Shown here: positions 47,790 to 61,235 of the stretch, one piece after another
How the letters are laid out: every line of letters starts with the position of its first letter
How positions within the stretch are numbered: position 1 is the first letter of the stretch
Assembly (NCBI RefSeq): GCF_963921235.1
Contig: NC_086098.1
Span: 1,736,001-1,800,000, forward strand
Direction of reading: 5' to 3'
Source: Mobula hypostoma
Lineage: Eukaryota
Length of the DNA: 64,000 bases
The notes under the pieces: generated by a model
Seen by the model: only the letters and a program-made list of their open reading frames with translations
What the model was told of the DNA's origin: nothing
Database searches by the model: none
Translations under genes and position numbers: made by a program

Positions 47790-48189
47790 AGATTGGGGTG
47801 TCCTGGACAGCGAGGAAGTCTATCGCGGCTTTCAGGAGGATCTGGATAAGCTGGAAAAATGAGCTGAAAAATGGCAGGTGGAATTCAATGCAGAGCTCTA
47901 CAAGTACTGGAGTTGATCTTACACAGTGAACGGCAGGGCATTGAGGAGTGTGGTGGAACAAAGGGATCTGGGAATACGGGTCCATATTTAATTGAAAATG
48001 GCATTACAGGTAGATAGCTTTTGTCACATTGGCCTTCATAACAATGTTTTGATTGCAGGAGATGGGATGCTATGTTGCAGTTGTATAAGATATTGGTGAG
48101 GCTTAACTTGGAGTATTGTGTGCCGTTTGATCATCGACATACAGGAAAGATATATACAAGAGTGAAAGCTGAAAAGTTTAAAAGAGACT

Positions 48190-50773
48190 CAGAGTCTCCC
48201 CGGGGAACTACATCTGCATGAAGTGCATCCGGCTGCAGCTCCTTGAAGACCGTGTTAGGGATCTGGAGCAGCAGCTGGATGACCTTTGGTTTGTACGGGA
48301 GAGTGAGGAGATCGTTGATCAGAGTTACAGGAAAGTACTCACCCCTAAGTTCCAGGAGGCAGGTAGCTGGGTGACTGTCAGGAGAAGGAATAGGAATGTG
48401 AATAGGCATTTAGCGCAGAGAACCTCTGTGACCATTCCCTTCAATAATAAGTACACCATTTTGGATACTGCTGTGGGGGATGACCTCCCAAGGGATTGCC
48501 AAGGAGAACAGGTTACTGGCACTGAACCATCAAACGTTACTGGTTACTGACCATAAAATGCTCTTCTTTTGACAAAACTTTCAAATTTGGAATCATTTTA
48601 GTGAACCTCCTTGGACCCTCTCCAGTTTCTGCACATCCTTTCTAAGATAAAGGGCCCAAAACTGCTGAAAGTACTCCAAGTGAGGCCTCACCAGTGGTTT
48701 ATACAGGAGATCCGATTAGTAGCACTGAGCATGGGTCCGTGGTGCAGAAGGGAAAGAGGGAGAAGAGGGGAGTGGTGGTGATAGGGGACTGAATGGTCAG
48801 AGGGTCAGGCAGGAGATTCTGTGGACGTGAACAGGACTCCCGGATGGTGTGCTGCCTCCCAGGTGCCAGGGTCAGGGACAGTCGGATTGCATCCACAGCA
48901 TTTTGGAGGGGAGGGCGAGCGGCAGATGTTTTGGTACACATTGGTACCAATGACATAGGGAAGAAAATCAAAGAAGTCCTGAAAACAGAATTGAGAGAGC
49001 AAGGCAGAAAGTAGAGAAGCAGGAACTCCAGGGCAGTAATTTTGGGATTGCTAACTGTGCCGCACACTAGTAAGGATGATTTGGCAGATAAGTGCGTGGC
49101 TGAGAGACTGGTGCAGGGGGCAGGGCTTCAGATTCTTGGATCATTGGGATCTCTTCTGGGGGAGGTATGACCTGTTCAAAATGGCAGGTTGCACCTGAAC
49201 CCAAGGGGGACCAATATTCTCACGGGCAGGTTTGTTAGAGCTGTTGGGGAGGGTTTGAACTAACTTGGCAGGGGGGTGGGAAACGGAGTGAAGGGACTCA
49301 GGAAAGAACAGATGGTATAAAAGTAAAGACAGCGTGCAGTCAGAGTGCCAGGAAGGGCAGACAGGTGATGGGACTTAGTTGCAGCCAACAGGCTGAGTAT
49401 AAAATCATTAGGGATGCAGAATCAAAAAAGATAGCAAATATGGTATTCAAGGTGTTGCATCTAAATACACGTAGTATAAGAAATAAGGTGGATGATCTTG
49501 TTCAGATATTACAGATTGCCAGGTATGATGTTGTGGCCTTCACTGAATCGTGGCTGAAGGATGGTTGTAGTTGGGAGCTGAATATCCAAGGTTACACGTT
49601 ATATTGGAGAGATAAGAAGGTAGGCAGAAGGGCTCTACTGGGAAAGAATGCCATCAGATCCATAGAAAGATGTGACACAGGATTGGAAGATGTTGAATCC
49701 TTGTGAGTTGAGTTAAAAAACTACAAGGGTAAAAGGACATTGATGGCAGTTATATACAGGCCTCCCAACAGTGGCTAGGAGGTAGACCACAGGTTACAAC
49801 AAGAAATAGAAAAGGCAAGTCAAATGGGCAACGTTATGGTAGTCATGGTTATGTTATGGTTGTGTGGGCATGTGGCCAAGTGGTTAAGGCATTGGACTAG
49901 CGACCTGAAGGTCGTGAGTTCTGACCCCCAGCTGAGGGAATGTGTTGTGTCCTTGAGCAAGGCACTTAATCACATATTGCTCTGCGACGACACTGGTGCC
50001 AAGCTGTATGGGTCCTAATGCCCTTCCCTTGGACAACATCAGTGTTGTGGAGAGAGGAGACTTGCAGCATGGGTAACTGCTGGTCTTCCATACAACCTTG
50101 CCCAGGCCTGCACGCTGGAGAGTGAAGACTTTCCAGGCGCAGATCCGTGGTCACACAAGACTAACGGATGCCTTTACTTTACTTTATGGTAGTCATAGGA
50201 GATTTCAACATGTAGGTTGATTGGGAAAATCAGGTTCGAAATGGATTATGTTGACTGTACCTCTTCCTAGAGATGCTGCCTGGCCTGCTGCGTTCACCAG
50301 CAACTTTGATGTGTGTTGCTCAAGAGAATGAGTTTGTTGAATGCCTAAGAGATAGATTTTTTAGAGCAGTTTTTCATTGAGCTGGAGGCAGTTAGGGAGA
50401 TTAAGGTAAAAGAACCATTAGGAACCAGTGATCACAATATGATTGTGTTCAACTTGAAATTTGATACGGAAAAAGTAAAGTCTGATGTAGCAGTATTTCA
50501 GTGGAGTAAGGGAAATTAGAGTGATATGACAGAGGAATTTGCCAAAGTAAATTTGAAGGAGCTACTGGCAAGAATGACAGCAGAGCAGCAATGGCGTGCA
50601 TTTCTGTGAAAAATGAGGGAGGTGCAGAATATGAGTATTCAAAAATGAAGATGTACTCAAATGGTAAATAGTACAAACATGTCTGACAAAGGAAGTCAAA
50701 GCTATTGTAAAAGCAAAAGAAAGGGCATACAACAAAGCAAAAATTAGTGGGAAGATTGAGGATTGGGAAGTTT
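48190..50773 (+). mobile_element. Degenerate CR1 ORF1 plus EN segment with three small insertions
   Basis: ORFs 48218-48550, 48793-49014 and 49365-49706; inserts at 48526-48721, 49847-50183 and ~50249-50320 (PLE tip). Confidence 0.8.
49866..50183 (+). mobile_element. tRNA-headed SINE with RTE-like body and tail, copy 2
   Basis: Homologous to 8153-8458; (CTTTA)n tail; 13-bp TSD ttatggtagtcat at 49834-49846 and 50184-50196, with short target-like filler before the head. Confidence 0.88.
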
Positions 50774-52298
50774 GATAACCCTTTCAGTCCTGAAATCATC
50801 TTTGTGAATTCCCTCTGGACCCTCTCCAATGCCAGCACATCTTTTCTAAGATGAGGGGCTCAAACCTGTTCACAATACTCAAGGTGAGGCCTTGCCAGTG
50901 CCTTATAAAGCCTCAGCATCACATTCTTGCTCTTTTATTCTAGACCTCTCGAAATGAATGCTAACATGGCATCTGCCTTCCTCACCACCGACTCAACCTG
51001 CAAATTAGCCTTCAGGGTGTTCTGCACAAGGACTCCCAAGGCTATGCATCTCAGATTCTTGAATTTCTCCCCATTTAGAAAATAGTCCGCACATTTATTT
51101 CTACTACCAAGATGCATGACCATACATTTTCCAACACAGTATTTCATTTGCCACTTTCTTGCCTACTCTCCTAATCTGCCTAAATCTTTCTGCACCCTAC
51201 CTGTTTCCTCAACATGACTTTCCCCTTCACCAATCTTCGTATCATCCGCAAACTTGGCAACAAAGCCATCTATTCCATCATTGAAATCATTTGTATACAG
51301 CATAAAAAAGAAGTGGTCCCAACACCGACCCTGGAGAACACCATTGGACACTGGCAGCCAACCAGAAAAGGATCCTTTTATTCCTGCTCGCTGCCTCCTA
51401 CCAATCAGCCAATGCTCTAACCATGTTAGTAACTTTCCTGTAATACCATTGGCTCTTAACTTGTCAAAGGCCTTCTGAAAGTCCAAATTTACAACATCTA
51501 CTACATCCCCTTTATCTACCCTACTTGTAATCTCCTCAAAGAATTCCAACAGGTTTGTCAAGCAGGATTTTCCTTGAAGGAAACCATGCTGACTTTGTAC
51601 TATCTTGTCCTGTGTCACCAAGTACTCCATCACCTCATCCTTAACAATTGACTCTAACATCTTCCCAACCACTGAGGTCAGGCTAACTGGTCTATAGTTT
51701 CCTTTCTGCTGCCTTCCTCCTTTCTTAAAGAGTCTAGCAACATTTGCAATTTTTTGCAGCATGACAGAGTCCAATGATTTTTGAAAGATCATTTCTAATG
51801 CAACCACAATCTCTAACGCTACCTCTTTGAGAACCCTAGGGTGCAGTTCCTTTGGTCCGGGTGACCTATGAGGAATGTTTGATGGCTCTGGGTCTGTACT
51901 CACTGGAATTCAGAAAGATGAGGGGGGGATCTCATTGAAACCTTTCGAATGTTGAAAGCCAGAGTAGATGTGGAAAGGATGGAGAGTTCAGGACAAGAGG
52001 GCGCAGCCTCAGGATAGAGGGGCGCCCTTTCAAAACAGAGAAACTTCTTTTGCCAAAGGGTGGTGAATTTGTGGAATTTGTTGCCACATGCAGCTGTGGA
52101 GGCCAGGTCGTTGGGTGTATTTAAGGCAGAGATTGATAGGTTCTTGATTGAACATGCCATCAAAAGTTACGGGGAGAAGGCCAGGAAATAGGGTTGAGGA
52201 GGAGAAAAAATAAACAATCAGCTATGATTGAATGGTGAAGCAGACTCAGTGGACCAGATGGCCTAATTCTGCTCCTATGTCTTATAGTCCTATGGTCT
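50774..52298. mobile_element. CR1 with 5' inversion: 50774-51866 minus, 51867-52298 plus
   Basis: The minus segment ends ...GLKGLS (gggttatc) and the plus segment begins tatgaggaatgtttg (YEECL); these positions are adjacent in CR1 ORF2. Confidence 0.75.
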
Positions 52299-52353
52299 AA
52301 CTCAGGATGGGGCAAATGCAAAAAAGCAAAGATAGCATACAGTCAGACTGTTA

Positions 52354-52526
52354 ACACAAAATAATCTGCAGATGCTGGGGTCAAAGCAACACTCACAACA
52401 CGCTGGAGGATCTCAGCAGGTTGGGCAGCATCCATGGAGAAGATCAGTCGATGTTCCGGCCCAAAACGTCGACCGATCTTCTCCACGGATGCTGCCCAAC
52501 CTGCTGAGTTCCTCCAGCGTGTTGTG
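52354..52526. mobile_element. 173-bp palindromic PLE mini-element (subfamily of 2873-3653)
   Basis: Arms ~52394-52455 and ~52465-52526 are reverse complements; about 40-nt extra tail on the left; 13-bp TSD agtcagactgtta at 52341-52353 and 52527-52539; CUGAUGA core absent. Confidence 0.88.
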
Positions 52527-52611
52527 AGTCAGACTGTTAGGGAGGGCAGGCAGAAGATAGGACAAAATTGCAGCCAGCAGGGTGAGTATCAGTGCATTAG
52601 GGATGCAGAAT

Positions 52612-53280
52612 CAGAATCAGGTGTATTATCACTGGCGTGTGTCATTAAGTTTGTTAGCTTAGCAACAGCAGTTCAATACAATACATAATATAGAAGAAAA
52701 AATCAATTACAGTATATGTATATTGAATAAATTAAAAATCATGCGAAGAAAACAGAAGTGATATATATATTTAAAAAGTGAGTTAGTATTCACAGGTTCA
52801 ATGTCCATTTAGGAATCAAATGGGAGAGGTGAAGAAGCTGTTCCTGAATCGGTGAGTGTGTGCCTTCAGGCTTCTGTATCTCCTACCTGATGGTAACAGT
52901 GAGAAAGGAGCATGCCCTGGGTGCTGGGGGTCCTTAATAATGGATGCTGCCTTTCTGAGACACCGCTCCCTGATGACGTCCTGGGTACATTGTAGTCTAG
53001 TACCCAAGATGGAGCCGACTAAATTTACAACCTTCTGCAGCTTCTTTCGGTCCTGTGCAGTAGCCCCTCCGTACCAGACAGTGATGCAGCCTGTCAGAAT
53101 GCTCTCCACGGTACAACTATAGAAGTTTTTGAGTGTATTTGTTGACATACCAAATCCCTTTAAACTCCTCATGAAGTATAGTCACTGTCTTGTTTTCTTT
53201 ATAACTGCATCGATATGTTGGGACCAGGTTAGGTCCTCAGAGATCTTGACACGCAGGAACTTGAAGCTGCTCGCTGTCTC
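52612..53280 (-). mobile_element. Rex1/Babar 5'-truncated copy
   Basis: ORF 52816-53172 (FYSCTVESILTGCITVWYG...LLPSGRRYRSL...RFRNSFF); (CTGATT)n tail. Confidence 0.9.
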
Positions 53281-55029
53281 CAAAAGGGTTCCAAATTCAG
53301 TAATCAAAGTGTTATATCTCAAAGCATGGGGTACAAGAAATACAGTGGATGATCTTGCTGCACTATTGTAGATTGTTGGATATAATGTTGTGGCCAGTAC
53401 TGAATTGTGGCTAGATGATGGTTGTAGCTGGCAGCTGAATATCCAAGGATACATATTGTATTGGAGGGATAGGAAGGTAGACAGAGGGAATAACATTGTT
53501 CTGCTGGTAAAGAATGGAATCAAATCATTAGAAGGATGTGATATGGGATCAGAGGATGTTGCGGCCTCGTGGGTTGAGTTACAAAACTGCGACGGTAAAA
53601 GGACCCTGATGGCAGTTATATATCGGCCTCCAAAGTGTAGGAGGTGGACCATAGTTTGCAATCGGAAATAAAGAAGATATGTCAAAAGGACATATAATAG
53701 TCATGGGAGATTTTAACATGCAGGTCAATTGGGAAAATCAGGTTGGTAATGGATCTCAAAAGAGACTGAATTTGTTGAATACACATGGGATGGCTTTTTA
53801 GAGTAGTTTGTCATTGAGATCAATTAAACTGGATTAGGTTTTATGAAATGAACCAGATGCAATTAGCGAGCTTAAGGTAAAGGAACTCTTAGAAAACAAT
53901 GATCACAATATGACTGAGTTCAATTTGAAATTTGAAAGGGCAAAAGTCTGACCATAGCAGTGGAGGAAAGGAACTTAGAATAGTATGAGAGAGGATTTTG
54001 CTGAAGTAAATTGGAAGGAGATTCTGGCAGGGATGACAACAGAGCAGCAATTGCATGAGTCTCTGGGAAAAATGAGGAAGGATGTATTCCAAAATCAAAG
54101 AAATATTCAAATGGCAAAATAGTACAATCATGGCTGACAAGGGAAAGCAAAGCTAATATAAAACTTCCAGAGAGCAACTAATAGAATCATAAGGAAAGAA
54201 AAGATGAAATGTAAAAGCAAGCTAGCAAATAATATGGAAGTAAATAGAAAAGGCTTTATGAAGAATATAAAATATAAAAGAAAGATAGGAGATAAGAGTA
54301 GATATAGGACCACTGGAAAATGAGATCTGAGAAATAATAACATGGGACAAGGAGATGGCAGATAAACTAAATGGGTATTTTGCATCAGTCATCACTGTGG
54401 AAGACACTAGCAGTGTGTCAGATATTGAAGGCTGTGAGGGAAGAAAGTGAGTGCAGTTACTATCACAAAAGAGAAGGTGCTAAATAAAGCTGAAAGATCT
54501 AAGGGTACATAAGTCACCTGGGTCAGATGAATTGCACCCCAGGGTTCTGAAAGAGATAACGGTAGATATTGTGGTGCTATTAGTAATGATCTATCAAGAA
54601 TCATTGGACTCTGACATGGTGCCGTAGAACTGGAAAATTGCAAATGTCACTCCACTCTTTAAAAAAAGAGGAAGGCAGCAGAAAGGAAATTACCATGTTG
54701 GACCATGGTTGTACAACCATGTTGGACCCAATTGTCAAGGATGAGGTTATGGAGCACTTGGTGAGACAGGACAAAATAGAATAAAGTCAGCATGGTTTCC
54801 TTCAGGGAAAATCCTGCCTGACGAACCTGTTGGAATTCTTTGAGAAGATTACAAGTAGGATAGATAAAGAGGATGCAGTGGACGTGCATATTTGGATTTT
54901 CAGATCTTTGACAAGGTGTTACACATGAGGCTGCTTACCAAATTAGGAGCCCACGATATTACAGGAAAGTTACTAACATAGTTAAAGCATTGGCTGATTG
55001 GTAGCAAGTGTGAATAAAATGATTCTGGG

Positions 55030-55700
55030 TGGAGCTGAGGAGGATGATGGTGCCTAACAGCGTCTCCTTTGTTTGCATCTTGAGATACAACTCTATCTCC
55101 ATCTTTAATGTCTCTATTTTTCCCTTTCATGGTTCTTTTGAAGACTCTGACCTGGAGTTACACTCTGACTTTGGTTCTTTGTGGGAATGGAACCTGGTCT
55201 CGGGGTTTCACGACTGGCTGCTATTCGATATACCAAGGACACAGCCTAGAAGACTAGTGCGCCTTCAGGGTTCCGGATTTCACGGCTATAAAGGCAGGCA
55301 GACTTGAGGGCGGTGCCCTGCAGGAAACTGCTGTGTCATGGGAGTACACGGAAGATCGAAAGCAGCAAGCTGGGCACAGAGCTCCAAAAAAGCAATGCAA
55401 TAGACTTTTAACATTGTAGATCAGCAAGTTGTTTGTTATGTCTCCTCTCTGACCGTGAAATGGGAACACCTCTTTTTCCCTTATTAGGGGGAGAGAGAGC
55501 CTGTGATATGTCACATTACCGAGTGTGCGAGTAGTCTTTGGGGTACTGCAAGTCTGTGTCTTTTTTTGTGCTTTGCTGCATGTTTGAGTGTTTGGTGGGG
55601 GGTCACCAATGCTTTTTCTGCTGGTGGGGGAGGGGGGATCATTGCTTTGGTGCTGCTTATGCGTGAGAGTGGGAGGTGGGGGGCTTTGGGGTTCTAACTT
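55030..55700 (+). mobile_element. 3'-truncated copy of the 33528 non-coding family
   Basis: Shared blocks ttccctttcatggttcttttgaagac..gacctggagttacac..gactttggttctttgtgggaat and cgccttcagggttcc. Confidence 0.75.
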
Positions 55701-55709
55701 AGGAACATT

Positions 55710-58700
55710 AGTGCGATGGATGGTCGGGGAAAGTGAGGAGGTGATAGAGAGGAGTTCCAGGCAAGTAGTCACACCGGGGCCTCGGGAGACAGATAAGTGG
55801 GTAACCGTCAGGAGAGGGAAGGGCAAGAGTCAGATACTAGAGAGCAAGTGAAATAGGAATTGATATGGGAGGTGAGGGGAGTAATGAATTGAAACTATTA
55901 TATATGAATGCATGGAGTATAAGAAATAAAGTGGATGGGCTTGAGGCACAGCTGGAAATTGGTAAGTATGATGTTGTGGGAATAACAGAGACATGGCTTC
56001 AAGTGGACAGGGCCTGGGAAATGAATATTCAAGGGTATACGTCCTATCGAAGGGACAGACCGATGGGCAGAAGGGGTGGGGTGGCTCTGTTGGTGAGGAA
56101 TAATATTCAGTCTCTTGCGAGGGGGGGACATAGAATCAGGAGACGTAGAGTCAGTATGGATAGAACTGAGAAATTCTAAGGGTAGAAAGACCCTAATGGG
56201 AGTTATCTACAGGCCCCCAAACAGTAGTCTGGATATAGGGTGTAAGTTGAATCAAGAGTTAAAATTGGCATGTCACTAAGGTAATGCTACAGTTGTTCTG
56301 GGGGATTTGAACATGCAGGTAGACTGGAGGAATCAGCTTGGTACTGGACCCCAAGAAAGGGAGGTTGTGGAGTCCCTCCGAGATGGATTCTTAGAACAGC
56401 TTGTACTGGAGCCTACCAGAGAGAACGCAATTCTAGATTTAATGTTGGGTAATGAACCGGATTTGATCAGGGACCTGGAAGTAAAGGAGCCATTAGGAGG
56501 TAGTGACCATAATATGATAAGTTTTAATCTACAATTTGAGAGGGAGAAGGGAAACTCGGAAGTGTCAGTATTACAGTTGAACAAAGGGAACTATGGTGCT
56601 ATGAGGGAGGAGCTGGCCAAAGTTCAACGAAACAATACCCTAGCAGGGATGACAGTGGAACAGCAATGGCAAATGTTTCTGGGAATAATGCGGAAGGTGC
56701 AGGATCAGTTCATTCCAAAGAGGAAGAAAGATCCTAAGGGGAGTAAGGGGAGGCCGTAGCTGACAAGGAAAGTAATGGACAGTATAAAAATAAAAGAGAA
56801 GAAGTATAACATAGCAAAGACGAGTGGGAAGCTGGAGGATTGGGAAAATTTTAAAGAGCAACAGAAGGTAACTAAAAAGGCAATACGCAGAGAAAAAATG
56901 AGGTACGAAGGTAAACTAGCCAAGAATATAAAGGAAGATAGTAAAAGCTTCTTTAGGTATGTGAAAAGGAAAAAAAATAGTTAAGACAAAATTTGGGCCC
57001 TTGAAGACAGAAACGGGTGAATTTATTATGGGGAACAAGGAAATGGCAGACAAGTTGAACAGGTAGTTTGGATCTGTCTTCACCAGGGAAGACACAAACA
57101 ATCTCCCAGATATAATAGTGGCCAAAGGAACTGGGGTAATGGATGAACTGAAGGAAATTTATATTAGGCAGTAAATGGTGTTGGATAGACTGTTGGGTCT
57201 GAAGGCTGATAAGTCCCCAGGACCTGATGGTCTGCATCCCAGGGTACTTAAGGAGGTGGCTTTAGAAATCGTGGACGTATTGGTAATTATTTCGAAATGT
57301 TCTATAGATTCAGGATCAGTTCCTGTGGATTGGAGGGTTGCTAATGTTGCCCCTCTCTTCAAGAAGGGAGGAAGCGAGAAAACAGGGAATTATAGGCCGG
57401 TTAGCCTGATGTCAGTGGTGGGGAAGATACTGGATTCAATTATAAAAGATGAAATTACGACACATCTGGATAGCAGTAACAGGATCGGTCCGAGTCAGCA
57501 TGGATTTACGAAGGGGAAATCGTGCTTGTCTAATCTTCTGGAATTTTTTGAGGATGTAACTATGAAAATGGACAAGGGAGAGCCAGTGGATGTAGTGTAC
57601 CTGGACTTTCAGAAAGCCTTTGATAAAATCCCACATAGGAGATTAGTGGGCAAAATTAGTACACATGGTTTTGAGGCAGAGTACTGACATGGATTGAAAA
57701 TTGGCTGGCTGACAGAAAACAAAGAGTAGCGATTAATGGGTCCTTTTCGGAATGGCAGGGTATACCAGTGGGGTATCGCAGGGTTCAGTGCTGGGACTGC
57801 AGCTGTTTACGATATATATTAATGATTTAGATGAGGGAATTAAAAGTAATAGTAGCAAATTTGCCGATGACACAAAGCTGGGTGGCAGTGTGAAATGTGA
57901 GGAGGATGTTATGAGAATGCAGGGTGACTTGGACAGGCTGGATGAGTGGGCAGATGCATGGCAGATGCAGTTTAATGTGGATAAATGTGAGGTTATCCAC
58001 TTTGGTGGTAAGAACAGGAAGGCAGATTATTATCTAAATGGAGTCAAGTTAGGAAAAGGGAAAGTACAATGAGATCTAGGTGTTCTTGTACATCAGTCAC
58101 AGAAAGCAAGCATGCAAGTACAGCAGGCTGTGAAGAAAGCTAATGGCATGCTGGCCTTCATAACAAGGGGAATTGAGTATAAGAGCAAAGAGGTCCTTCT
58201 GCAGCTGTACAGGGCCCTGGTGGGACCACACCTGGAGTACTGTGTGCAGTTTTGGTCTCCAAATTTGAGGAAGGACATTCTTGCTATTGAGGGAGTGCAG
58301 CGTAGGTTCACAAGGTTAATTCCTGGGATGGCGGGACTGTTATATGTCGAAAGATTGGAGCGACTGGGCTTGTATACTCTGGAATTTAGAAGGATGAGAG
58401 GGGATCTGATTGAAACATATAAGATTATTAAGGGATTGGACACGCTGCAGGCAGGAAGCATGTTCCCGCTGATGGGTGAGTCCAGAGCCAGAGGCCACAG
58501 TTTAATAATAAGGGGTAGGCCATTTAGAACGGAGTTGAGGAAAAACTTTTTCACCCAGAGAGTGGTGGATATATGGAATGCTCTGCCCCAGAAGGCTGTG
58601 GAGGCCAAGTCTCTGGATGCTTTCAAGAAGAGATGGATAGAGCTCTTAAAGATAGCGGAATCAAAGGGTATGGGGATAGGGCAGGAACTGGATACTGATA

Positions 58701-61235
58701 GTGGGTGATCAGCCATGATCACAGTGAATGGCAGTGCTGGCTCGAAGGGCCGAATGGCCTACTCCTGCACCTATTGTCTATTGTCTATTGTCACCCCGGT
58801 GGCTGTGCCCCTTAACAATAAGTACTCCATTTTGAGTACTGTTGGGAGGGACGACCTACCTGGAGGAAGCATCAGTAGCTCTGCCTCTGGCACAGAGTCT
58901 GGCCCTGTGGCTCAGAAGGGTAGGGAAAGGAAGAGGATGGCAGCAGTGATAGGGGACTCTATAGTTAGGGGGTCAGACAGGTGATTCTGTGGACGCAGGA
59001 AAGAAACACGGATGGTAGTTTTCCTCCCAGGTGGCAGGATCCGGAATGCTTCTGATCACGTCCGCAATATCCTGAGGTGGGAAGGTAAACAGCCAGAGGT
59101 CGTACGACAATTTGGTACCAACGAAACAGGTAGGAAAAGGGAAGAGGTCCTGAAAACAGACTACAGGGAGTTAGGAAGGAAGTTGAGAAGCAGGACCTCA
59201 AAGGTGGTAATCTCGGGATTACTGCCTGTGCCACACGACTGTGAGTATAGGAATAGAGTGAGGGGGAGGATAAATGCGTATCTGAGGGATTGGAGCAGGG
59301 GGCAGGGATTCAGATTTCTGGATCATTGGAACCTCTTGTTGGGCAGGCATGACCTGTATGAAAAGGATGGGTTGCACTTGAATCCCAGGAGGACCAATAT
59401 CCTGGCGGGGAGGTTTTTCTAAGGTGATTGGGGAGAGTTTAAACTCGAATTGTTGGGGGATGGGAACCGAACTGAAGTGATGGAGGAACGGGCAGTAGCT
59501 TACAAATACAGAAAGCTTGTAGGCAGTGTGAAAGGAAAGATAGGCAGGTGATAAAGAAGGGATGCGTTCAGACTGATGGTTTGAGATGTGACGATTTCAA
59601 TGCAATGAGTATTATGAACAAAGTGGATGAGCTCAGAGTGTGGATCAGTACTTGGAGCTATGATGTTGTGGCCATTACAGCGACTTGGATAGCTCAGGGG
59701 CAGGAATGGTTAGTTGGAGTGCCAGGCTTTGGATGATTCAGAAAGGACAGGGAAGGAAGCAAAAGAGGTGGGGTGTGGCACTGCTGATCACAGATAGTCG
59801 CACTGCTGCAGAAAAGGAGGAAGTCATGGTGGGATTGTCTACTGAGACTCTGTGGATTGAAGTTAGAAACAGGAAGGGGTCAATAACTTTACTGGGTGTT
59901 TTTTATAGACCACCTATTAGTAACAGGGACAGCAAGCAGCAGATAGGGAGACAGATGCTGGAAAGGTGCCATAATAACAGGGTTATCATGATGGGAGAAT
60001 TTAATTTACCCAATATTGATTGGCATCACCTTAGAGCAAGGGGTTTAGATGGGGTGGAGTTTGTGAGGTGTGTTCAGGAAAGTTTCCTGACACAATACGT
60101 TGATAAACCTACAAGAGGAGAGGCTGTACTTGATTTGGTATTGGGAAATGAACCTGGTCAGGTGTCAGATCTCTCAGAGGGAGAGCACTATGGAGATAGA
60201 GATCACAATTCTATCTCATTTACCACAACATTGGAAAGGGATAAGAACAGACAAGGTAGGAAAGCGTTTAATTGGAATAAGAGGAAATATGAAGCTATCA
60301 GGTGGGAACTTGGAAACATAAACTGAAAACAGACGTTCTCAGGGAAATGTACAGCAGAAATATGGCAAATGTTCAGAGGATATTTGAACATAGAACATAG
60401 AATAGTACAGCACAGTACAGGCCCTTCAGCCCACAATGTCGTGCCGACCCTTAAATCCTGCCTCCCATATAAACCCCCACCTTAAATTCCTCCATATACC
60501 TGTCTAGTAGCCTCTTAAACTTCACTAGTGTATCTGCCTTCACCACTGACTCAGGCAGTGCATTCCACACACCAACCACTCTCTGAGTAAAAAACCTTCC
60601 TCTAATATTCCCCTTGAACTTCCCACCCTTACCTTAAAGCCATGTCCTCTTGTATTGAGCAGTGGTGCCCTGGGGAAGAGGCGCTGGCTATCCACTCTAT
60701 TTATTCCTCTTATTATCTTGTATACCTTGTATATTTATGTGGCATTTTGCATAGGTATGTTCCAATGAGACAGGGAAAGGGTACAGGAATCATGGTGCAC
60801 AAAGGCAGTTGAAAATCTAGTCAAAAAGAAAAGAAAAGCTTACAAAACGTTCAAAAAAACTAGGTAATGATAGAGATCTAGAAAATTATAAGGCTTGCAG
60901 GAAAAAGCTTAAGAATGAAATTAGGAGAGCCAGAAGGGGTCATGAGAAGGCCTTGGTGGACAGGATTAAGGAAAACCCCAAGGCATTCTACAAGTATGTG
61001 AAGAGCAAGAGGATAAGACGTGAGATAATAGGACCAATCAAGTGTGACAGTGGAAAAGTGTGTATGGAACCGGATGAGATAGCAGAGGAACTTAATGAAT
61101 ACTTTGCTTCAGTATTCACTAAGGAAAAGGATCTTGGTGATTGTAGGGATGACTTACAGCAGACTGAAAAGTTTGAGCATACAGACATTAAGAAAGAGGA
61201 TGTGCTGGAGCTTTTGGAAAGCATCAAGTTGGATA
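55710..61235 (+). mobile_element. Old CR1 (family C-like) ORF1 plus N-terminal ORF2, split by 55847-58791 and by a minus CR1 3' end (~60387-60730)
   Basis: ctagagag|caccccggtggctgtg rejoins ORF1; ORFs 59012-59422, 59685-60326 and 60953-61297; atattt duplicated around the 60387 insert. Confidence 0.82.
55847..58791 (+). mobile_element. CR1 (family E) covering all of ORF2 with several stops and frameshifts
   Basis: ORFs 55865-56179, 56307-56759, 56775-56984, 57175-57687, 57752-58072 and 58112-58708; (CTATTGT)n tail. Confidence 0.92.

Larger units (their letters stand above)
52300..55025 (+). mobile_element. Old CR1 (ORF1-ORF2 linker through RT) with two insertions
   Basis: EN motifs in ORFs 53129-53371 and 53390-53671; degenerate RT motifs to about 55020. 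Confidence 0.75.
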
